From contig CAJFCJ010000003.1 of the NCBI GenBank assembly GCA_904063045.1, positions 2,838,504-2,902,503 of the forward strand: a DNA stretch of 64,000 nucleotides, in the 5' to 3' direction. Below, one piece after another: positions 42,401 to 52,579 of this stretch (position 1 is its first letter; each line of letters starts with the position of its first letter). The notes beneath the pieces were generated by a model. It searched no databases, was not told where the DNA came from, and was given only the letters and a program-made list of their open reading frames with translations. The position numbers and the translations under genes are program-made. The DNA is from Dimorphilus gyrociliatus. Taxonomy: Eukaryota > Animalia > Annelida.

Positions 42401-43002
42401 GGCTTTATTTTGGAAAGGCTAACAGATCAGTCGCAAAAGTACAAGTGAATATACACAAAAGAAATTTATAGAAGACAATAGCATAAGAATATCTATTTAT
42501 CCCTTTTGTATGCATACGTACATATTTATGATATATGACTTGTATTTAATGACCTAAGTACCTTTGTATATACATATTATGAATAAATTCTATTTTATTA
42601 AAATATGAATTCTATTTAAATTATTCGGTTGTTAGGTAAATAGCCTGTTATTTTTAGCTCTTGTATATATGTACCAACAATCAAAGGTAAAAATCTACAT
42701 TGATTATCTATTGTTACAATATAATGCAATATTACACAAGGAAAAGGCCAGATTTTAAAGGCAGGTAATCTTTAGTAAGAGAATATTGACACAAAAACCA
42801 ATACATGCGCCTCTTTTACCATAAGAAAATTCGTTGTAGGATCTTATAATTATTAACATAACAATAAATATTCCGTCAGGGAAGTAAATTCTTTGGTCTA
42901 GTATTTTGAAATATTTTTCTCATTTGAAAAAAGGCTTTATTCAATATAGACGTTCTCCTTCTTTCTCTCTCTTATGATATTTGTTATATTCTAAAACAAA
43001 CT

Positions 43003-46000
43003 ATGTTTAATATTCTTCTCTGTATATTGTTTTCCCTACCTTGGACTCTATCATCAGAAAAATGCTCAAAGGATAGTTGCTACGACGGTCAGGCCTGTCT
43101 TGTTAATCCTTTAGTGAGTTTTAAAATATATGTGCTATTTTTATTATGTTAGCTCTTATATACATTTTAGTCTGGAAAAGTATTTTGCCAATGTTCTCCC
43201 TTTCAAAAAGAAAATTGTATAGAACCTACAATACAGGAACCGTTATGTGATATCGGCTGGACGCATCATAAAGTCGAAAATGCAACAGAATCTAATAATT
43301 ACAAATTAAACGAAACGCTTGAAACATGTGTAAAAATCTTTAATATTTCAACTTCGTACCAAAATGCTTCGTTACAATGTCAAAGAGAGGGAGGATGGCT
43401 ATTAGGAGTTAACGATTCAGCTCTTTTCACTACTTTAGATATATTTACCGAAGGTTATAAAGAGTTATGGGCTGGAATAATTATATTAACGTATCAAAAT
43501 GAAAGTAGAATATATACTCATTCTTCTTTTCCAAAGAAATTCAAAGACAACTATATAACACTTCCTTCAGACTACAACAAGACTACGGATTGTCCTTATT
43601 TTAGATTTGATAATCAGCCAACGATTCTCTTTGATGATTGCGAAAGCTCTTCAAAAATTTTCGCTTGTGAAAAAAGAAAATATTACAATAGCGACTTAAC
43701 GACAGAGTTAAATATTTGTCCCACGGGATGGTTTTATTCATTTGTCAATAATAAATGTATAAAGTATATGAGAGATGAAGTTGAATTTGAACAAGCTAAA
43801 CAAGCATGTACTAATTTTAAAGCTCATCTCGCCTGGCCTATCTCTGCAATAGGGAACTTTGCGCTTCTTAATGCGACGATAATAGCTCTAAACTCTATCG
43901 GATGTGGAGTGAATGCTCAATGTCGAAACGAAGGAAAATGCTCATTCAACGATTCCATAGATAATCCAGGGTGTATTTGCGCAAGTGGCTTCTCAGGACA
44001 ACAATGCCAAAACTATACAGTAGGAACTGGTATTCCACCAACCTATGCTTCTTGCCCTATCGGAACTTATTCTTTAAATACATGCCCATACAAGTGCCAC
44101 TGCTTCAATGATCAACCTTGTGATAATACTAATGGATACTGCCCTAATTTTAAATGCAAGGATAATTTTTATGGTTTAACTTGCGATGCTTCTTTTAAAG
44201 TACCAAACGCATGGATTGGCGTTACGAGTACAAACAACGAAGGATTCGTCTACACAAATGGTATTTCATTAAATATGGATACAATAGGCTTTACTGCCGA
44301 TAAAAGTTCCACGCAAATAAAACAGTGTCACACAATCTCAGAAGATTGGTATTTAAGTCCGTTTAAAATTTGGAAGAAATATAATTGTACCGAGAGAAAG
44401 ACATACCTTTGCGAAAAAGATTCCCAACTAGGTATATATTTATATATATATATATACATGTATATATAAATTTATATATACAGTATAAAACAACTAATCT
44501 CTTATCATAGATACTTAAAAACAAGATATTAATGTAAAATGTTGTTTATAGATACTCTCTCTATTCAAATTCAATTAAAAAGGACTGATGTAAAAAGTTC
44601 TAATAGCTTGGGAATTGGTTGTAGAATTACAAAAGCAATAGATAAATTGGCTTATAGGGATATTTATTGGGAAGTAGATGGATCTTATCATAAATTTGCC
44701 ATGCTGAAATACAATGATCTCTACGTAATCGATGTAAGTTCCTCTTTTTATAATCATTCTTTCTAAAACGTTTTTATAAGAAAATAGTAATAATTTCATT
44801 TGAATTTCGTTTCTTTTTCAGACATCTCATGAATATTTTATAAATGAAATAGGTACCAACAAGGGACGATATAGATGCATGGTTGATTTACCATACATTA
44901 ACTTAAAATCTAACGCTTTAAGTGTCAACCAAAAATCAACTTCAATTATTCTTGCTTTAATCTATAATAGTGTTACGAAACCTACGTCAAATGTAATTAC
45001 TATTACTAATATTACCTTTGAAAATGCGATTCAAGATATAAGGGATTTATCTGGAGTTTCTTTAAATTCTGAAATTATAAATGAATTTTATCTTGTGGAT
45101 ACAGGACTTTATGCAGCTTATATGAAATTCATTTATGACAATAGTACTGGTGATGTTAGTTTGCAAAGAGCCTTCTATTTAACCCGCAAAATTATACAAA
45201 AATCGATGAAAAACTATACTTTGTTGCTTGAAAACCTCAGTGTTAGTTTAAGCGATACCAAAGTTTATCCAATGAATATGTGTCCACCAATCTTTGAGAG
45301 TGCTGATAATAGAACTACTATACACTTCCCTTCAGCCTCTTTCGGAGATACCATATTTTCAGAGGAAAATTGTCTTTCTGGAAAACCCAGAGCGTCTCGC
45401 TCGTGCACTGCGTCGCCAACATTGAAGTGGAAAGGTGACTGGGAAAAGGACATTCGTTGGAATTGTGAACCAGAGATATCAAAAACAAATATCTGCCCAA
45501 TTCAAAAAAAATCGTGTCGTCCAGGAAATTTGTGTATAGAGGTAGGCTTATTGCTATATATTTTACAAATTCTAAAAACTCGAGTTTGTAGGATTGGTCA
45601 GGATATACTTGCCAATGTTCAGAAATTGATAATAAATGTGATGTAAATCATATTTATCAAGCTTGTCCGCCACAAGGTCGTCCTCATGAATTCTGGGAAC
45701 TTTCAGGTTATCACAGCGGATATTATTGTTTAAATCTTGAACAAGAATCTAATTTTTCCGTCGCTGAAGAAATATGCCAAAAATCTTTTTCATGGATTAT
45801 ATCAGTGGCTGGTGATCATAATGACCAAGCGAAACTACTAAGCGACAAATTGTTTGATCTTGGTGTTGGTAAGAACATGTGGATTAGTATGAAAAGAAGG
45901 AATGGCAAACTTCGTACAAGATTTTCTACTGTATTAGACGTACCAGATATATTTAAAAATATCACTATACCAAATTTTGATAATCAACTGACTTGCCTAT

Positions 46001-49000
46001 TTGTTGATGGAAATGTGGCTCTTAATGACCCAGACGGACGCTATCAAATATATTCAAATAATTGTTCAGAGAAACTGACAACCGTATGCGAAAGAAGAGC
46101 GACGTTTAATTATGAACTACTATCAGATAGTCCTCTTTGTTCAAAAGGATGGTTCTTTTCATTTTATTATCACAAGTGTAGAAAATTTTTCTCTGAACCA
46201 AAAAGCTTTAAAACTGCAAATGATACATGCTACAAACACGGTGCAATACTCAACACATTTTCAACTTCTGATGCCACAGGAAGAAGGGAAGCATCTAATC
46301 TTACTCTACTGGAAATGAACATGAAAGGATGTGGTTTAAATAACCAATGTTTAAATAGGGGAAAGTGCTTATTTAAGAACGAAAAGTTTGTTGGATGCGA
46401 TTGCTTACTCAATACAACAGGATCGTATTGTGAAAAATCTACTGAAAAACTGTGGGAGCTAAATAGCTGTCCAACAGGGAGATATTCCACGCCGTATTGT
46501 GATAAGATTTGTAATTGCAAAAATAATGCTTCATGCGATGTTGAAACTGGGAAGTGTCCAAGTTTCTTATGCGATGACGGATTTTATGGACCAACTTGCA
46601 GCTCTTACTTCAAATTGCCAAATCTTTGGTGGAAAGGAAATTCAATGGATTGCTGCATTATTGGACATGATGGCGAAAAATGTGGTAGTTGCGATTTATT
46701 GTATCCTTTTGTTTGCGAAAAAGATCCAGAGAGTGAAGGTAAATTAATTTAAATATTAATCCATAAAATATTATCTATCATTATAATTGTTTCAGATAAA
46801 TTTGACCTTCCAGTTGTTGAACAAGTTAAAGATCCAACTGTCTTCGATCCTGGACTTGTTTGTAAAATTCCTGACTATTATTCTCAAGTTCTCAGTAAAA
46901 CTATATATTGGATTAGAAATGATCAGCATCTCTATTATCGAGGAGAAGGGAATTTGAGACTTATGAATGAAAAAAAATATTCAACGCTGAATATAGTAAG
47001 TGAAACAGTTTTATTTTAAGTTATCAATTATACTGTATAAGTATATTATATTAATTAAATATTAGTCAGATGATAATACTAGAAAAATAGTTGGAAGAAT
47101 AGAAGGAAACTATACGTGTATCATTAAATTTCCAACATTTGAAATAGCCTCAAATCCTCTACAATTGACTTTTACAAACAAAAAGTATGTTATTCGATTA
47201 TCCATACCAGATTATAATTTAAAGAATCAGGCTAAACGTATCACTGAAGTACAGTATCTTTTTTGGAATATCATTGCAAATGAGACAATTTTCTCAAATT
47301 CGAAATTATTATTGGAAATTGAAGAACCAATACAAGAGGCTAATAATGTAACTGTAACTTTTTATGTGCATCTAGACGCTCAATCTCGAATTAGAAGAAG
47401 TACTTCTTCCAACCAACTTCCGCAATATATTATGGGCTTATCAGAGAAATTCAAAAATGCTATTATGGCTCAAGGAGATATCAAGACATTCTCTTTGGCT
47501 ACGGATACTCTTAAAGCAGTTGTGGTAGAATTCTGTGAAGAATCTTTCCTTTACCACCCGATAAGTTGGGAAATTGTATCATTTCCTAAAACAGAAACTG
47601 GAAACACTGCCGATAGTGTTCAGAAGTGTTCAAAAGGAGGCTCAATAGGGACACGAGTTTGTTCTGGTACTACATGGCAAGATCCTATATGGCAAGACGA
47701 TACACTTTGTTTTGATTACTGCTCGGAATTAAATTCTACATACCCATCAAATCCTTCAATTTCTGTTACATTTCCAAGAACACTTGAGAAGAATTCTACA
47801 AACAGCGTAGAAAAATGCGAAAAGGGTTTATTCTTTGGCGCTGCGGATTGTCTAAACGGAGCGTTTCAATCTTTTCAGTGGACGTCGGAAAAGGATTGCT
47901 TTTTTTATTGTCCAACCAGCGTAATTAAAAATCCTATTACTGGAATAGACGTTACTTTTCCCGAAACGAAAAGCAATACAAATGTTTCTAGCAATGAAAA
48001 GTGTAAAACGAACATTCCACAAGGAACAAGTTATTGTTCAAAGGGCACCTTTAGCACACCGACATGGCTAAAGGAGGCGGATTGTTTTATATATTGTAAC
48101 GAAGAAAGTGTTAAAAATCCTAAAACTTCCTTGAATACTACTTTTCCAAAAATTAGAAGCGGTGCAACTGTCAATAGTTTGGAGAATTGTACTGACGGTG
48201 TGCCTGAAGCGTCTCGTTATTGCTCGGATGATGGTTGGGAAGAGGTTATTTGGACAGAAGCAGAAGATTGTACGGTACTAACTACTATGTTAAAGAATCT
48301 CTCGAAAACAGCGATTACCGAAGATAATATCGATACTGTTACACAGCAGACGGTAGATCTTACCTTAACCTCAAATCTGACATCAAATCATATTACATTG
48401 GTTAGTACAATTGTTGAAAATGTCAAAGAAAGTGATATTGAAACAACAAAAGAAATTTTTGAGAATATAGTAACTATTGTTAGTAATGTATTAGCTTCAC
48501 CTTTAAAATCGATTGTTCAATCTCAAAGCAAATCAAATTCAAGTACAAATTTTGTTGAAGCTATAGATTACTTCTCCGAAAAAGCTATACTACCTGAAAA
48601 TCAAACTTTCTTAAATGTAGAAACATCACAAATTGCCCTGACTATTTTGAACGGGAAGAATATAGATTTTAATACGTTTTCTTTCGAAAATATTAATAGA
48701 TATGATAAAAACATCAAAAATATAACCTTGAATACTTCTCTTACTACAGTTCCTACAGACTTGGAACTAATTAATTATGGTATATACTTTGCAGACGTTT
48801 TCAAAATTTATCCTAATAAGAGAGTTATAGCTGCAATTTATGCCAATGCAAAATTCTTTGAAAGAAGCGAAGAAACTATTACGGAAAGTAAAGTAATAAG
48901 CGCATCTATTGGCAATCAAACAGTTGTAAATCTTAAAAATAACATTACTTTAATATTTCAACCAAATAATGAAACAATTAAGAATGGATACGATTGCGTT

Positions 49001-50321
49001 TTTTGGAACTTTAAAAAAGATAATTGGTCCTCAGATGGTTGTCAATTTGAAAAAGAGCAAAATGGACGTGTATTTTGTACTTGTAATCATTTTACAAATT
49101 TTGCTCTATTATTTGATCCTGATAGAGAGGACGATACTCCAGAATTTATTTCCTTTATATCAATGATTGGTCTTGGAATATCAATTGCTGGATACCTTGG
49201 AGTAATTATATCATTTGGTTTTGTCAAGTAAGTCAATTACTGTTTATACGTTTTAATTTTCTTACAATTAAATATTTTTTATAGAGAATGGAAACCGAGG
49301 GTGTCATTAATCTCTTCCTGTAACATATCAATTGCCTTTATAGCCGTTAATATAATGTTTATGGTTGGCATTAAAAGAACAGATAATCAAATATTATGTA
49401 CAGCAACCTCAGCCATATTGTTTTATGCATTTTTGGTTGCATTCTTATCAATGTTCTTTAATTCTTTTTTGCAATATTGTGTTATTCGAAATTTACTTCA
49501 TCCATTTAATAGAAACTTTATTGGGACATCGGAGAAAAAGACAGTCATTTTAGTAACTCTCTGTAGCTGGAGTGAGTAAATTACATTTTTAAAAAACATT
49601 CCATCCGTATGTTTACTTATACATTGTATGAAATTTATATCTAGCTGTTCCTATAATTCCTACTGTAGCCATGTCAATAACAAATAGAAGCCTACTTTTA
49701 GGTGATGATGATCTGTGAGTCGTTTAATTTTTTACCAATTATTTGACTTATTTTATAGTTTCATTTTTTTTAAATAGTTGCTGGATACAAAATTCGGTGT
49801 TTTTTTATGGTTTTGTTCCCGTTCTTGGAATTATCTTGATTATTAATCTTTTTCTTCTGTTTGTTTATGTACCAAGTTTTATCAAACTTAAGTATGAAAC
49901 AAGGAAAACAAAAGCTACTACAAAAAACCAAAAGAAAATTACAACAACGATAATTGCATTATATTCTAGCGCATTAACCCTACTATCAGGAATAACTTGG
50001 AGTATTGGGCTGTTGGCTATAGGAAATTCTAAGATATATATACATGTTATCTTTTGCCTCCTAAATGCTTTTTACGGTGTACTTCTCTTTTTATTTTCTT
50101 TTGTTCAGCCAGCTGTTCGTAAGGCATGGAAGGATGCTATGTTAGTCCTCACAGATAATCTGCGCACAAATTCTCAAGTGAACTTGACAGGACAAACAAC
50201 TGATGGTGTTAAGAATTCTGAAGAGAATAATATGCCAGATTTTGCAAAAAGATATAAAGGTCAAAAAAGGAATAACTTCAATGTCCCAAATGGGGGTTAT
50301 GGATACCATAGTCCATATTAA
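43003..50321 (+). CDS. Adhesion GPCR paralog 5 (duplicated ectodomain module, four tandem HormR-like repeats)
   Basis: ATG 43003, MFNILLCILFSLPWTLS..CYDGQACLVNPL then gtgagt donor; two EGF-CTL-split CTL-Ig-SEA-HormR modules; GPS CTCNHFTNFALLF at about 49085; 7TM ending FCLLNAFYGVLLF; stop 50319-50321. Confidence 0.9.
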
Positions 50322-51020
50322 AAAAGAAAATTATCAGACTAATAGATTGTTATTTCTGTTTTGTTTCTTTTTTTGGTTTTTTTGAAAGACTTTTGTCTTT
50401 CATGTAAATAACCTTTTTGTAACCTCAACAGACGTTTATAATTACATTTTATTGCATAATTCATTTTGAGAAATATTACAAATTGAAAAAGAAAAGCTGT
50501 CTATGAAAAATCAATAAAAATATAGTAAAATAAGTCTTAAAAAATTAATGTTAGGCTTTTAGACACCTAGTATAATGTCACATATTTCAACGGCTAATGT
50601 TATGCAAATAAGCACCATTTATGCGGAAACTTTTTGTTATAGCATAAGTATGAAGGAAGGAAATGTGACACCTATATTATGGCTCTGCCTTCGAATAATA
50701 ATTACGTAATCTATTTGTAGGAGATGTTTTACAACTTTTTAATCGTATAGCTCTAATAAAGAGAGTATTTGCGTAGGTTAAAAAGAAGACAAAGTACCAA
50801 AGTTCTATTAAAAAATTTCAATTAGTAGATAGTAATTGATTTAGATTGGGCCTAATGTTATAGTTTTTTGTATAATAAAGCATCCAATTTCGTAAAAACG
50901 GCCAAAGAAAGATAGATATTAAGTAAGTTAGGCAGAAGTGAAAAGACAAAGATAAGAGTTGTTAAACACAATATACATTATATTTTTCCCTTTTTTAATT
51001 CATGATAAGTAGATTGCACA

Positions 51021-51509
51021 ATGGAAAAGTTTTCAAAAATTCAACTGACGGCCATGACAGCATTAATTATGTACGATAAAGATCCTATGAGAATATTTAT
51101 TAGACCATTAGAGCTTTGGAAAGAGTATCGTAATCTCGCAATCTTTCGAATGCCCACTTACAGACCATATAGACTCATTCCGAATTTTAAAAGTTACTGG
51201 CTAAAATGGACAGAGGAACAATTTTTCTGGGAAGAAATAGACGAAAGTATGATGAAGCATATCATCTGCCAATCAGTTTTAAAGAGTGGATCAAGAAATT
51301 TACTTGTTGATGGAAAATGCGGTAAGAGGGAGGATGAAGCGTCAAAAAAGTTACAAGATTTATTTGTTGAAGGAGAGATTGTTGAGTATTATGATAATTG
51401 GAAAGATTTTCCATCCTATTACGATCAGTTTAAAAAGGATTTGCAAGAATTACTGAATATTGACTTTATCTTATGCCAATATACAAAGTATATATCTATT
51501 CATGAATAA
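51021..51509 (+). CDS. Orphan intronless ORF, 162 aa, unknown function
   Basis: ATG-initiated, complex (not low-complexity) sequence, Trp/Tyr/Phe-rich, in AT-rich DNA where ORFs of this length are otherwise all coding. No signal peptide, TM segment or recognised motif. Confidence 0.55.
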   Translation: MEKFSKIQLTAMTALIMYDKDPMRIFIRPLELWKEYRNLAIFRMPTYRPYRLIPNFKSYWLKWTEEQFFWEEIDESMMKHIICQSVLKSGSRNLLVDGKCGKREDEASKKLQDLFVEGEIVEYYDNWKDFPSYYDQFKKDLQELLNIDFILCQYTKYISIHE

Positions 51510-51781
51510 ACTATAACATTTTGTTTTCATTTCATTGTTATAAACAAGATTAAAAGTGTATATAGAAGACGTAGAAGTCTATATTATACAGTAATGTCTA
51601 TCGATACAAAAAGCCTATAATGTAAGACAATAACCTAAACCCATAGTTTACAATAGCTATTTATCAAAGTGAAAAGCATTAAATATGTGGTATCAAATTA
51701 GAGAAAATCCTATCCAAGTATATAAACATAAAAACCTTACTAGGTTAGTTACAGTAGGTCGTTGAAGACAGCCTAAATAGT

Positions 51782-52228
51782 ATGATGTATAAGATATTCA
51801 TTACAGTTTATTTGGTATTCTGCACATTGTGTTCTTGCGAAGAAATTAATCTTACGGTAATATATACAATGTATACAGTATATATACTGTATACTAATAT
51901 ATATATCAAAACAATCGATAAAAATAGCTTAAATGTAAACTTATATTCTCTTCCGTTATCTCTATTCTTATTTTTTTTTATTAAAACAAACTAGCTTGAT
52001 AAAAAGCCTGAAGAAGCTAAAGAATATTCCCTTTGTCAAATACTCTACGACAAGTCAACATGCTTAATTCTACAATCAAAGATTTCTTTTACAACCTGTC
52101 AGGAAAATTCAAGAAATTTAAACTGTTCAACAGCAAAAAGACTGGCTAAAAGATTTTTTGGACCTCAAGTGTATCAGGTAAATTTTTGCAGATGGTTCCC
52201 AAATCATGAAGATTGTCAGCGTCGTTGA
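51782..52228 (+). CDS. Small secreted cysteine-rich protein, 102 aa, two exons (51782-51856, 51995-52228)
   Basis: Signal peptide MMYKIFITVYLVFCTLCSC; phase-0 intron gtaata...aaactag; exon 2 is open for 77 codons: LDKKPEEAKEYSLCQILYDKSTCLILQSKISFTTCQENSRNLNCSTAKRLAKRFFGPQVYQVNFCRWFPNHEDCQRR*. Confidence 0.7.
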
Positions 52229-52579
52229 AATATATAAACTCTATAAAGATACATATCTTTCGCTTTCTCTTTTCTTTCTTTCATTCTTTGTGCTTGAAAC
52301 AATGTATATAATTATCATTTTTGTCTCATAAATATAGAAATAAAATCTATTAATGATAGAAAAGTTGGAATTTTCTATCAGGTTTCATTTTATAAACAAA
52401 AACATTATATTAGTCTTTAAATTTCTTCAATGTATAATTAATAAAAACATTAGTAAATGTATTTTAACAAGTTGTTAATTAATAAATTAATATGATCTGT
52501 TAAAAAACAAGCTATAAGAGTAAAAATGTCAAAAACATTATCATAGGAGAAAAGGAGTACAAAAGCAATAGTCTTTACA

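Noticed and set aside
39470-43002. Unusually long 3.5-kb spacer with short ORFs (40790, 41375, 42092, 42122); possible decayed sixth paralog or transposon
   Set aside because: I found no Cys frameworks, GPS or TM remnants, terminal repeats or transposase/RT motifs by eye. A tBLASTn with the paralogs and a repeat library would settle it.
21439-46520. Minus-strand ORFs inside the GPCR genes (21439, 30801, 30938, 31101, 35686, 39235, 45265, 46230 and others)
   Set aside because: Antisense shadows of long coding exons.
20615-49096. GPS reads H-F-T instead of the textbook H-L-T in all five receptors
   Set aside because: Not evidence of lost cleavage: vertebrate ADGRG6 has HF|T and is cleaved, and the Stachel-like TxFAVL is intact.
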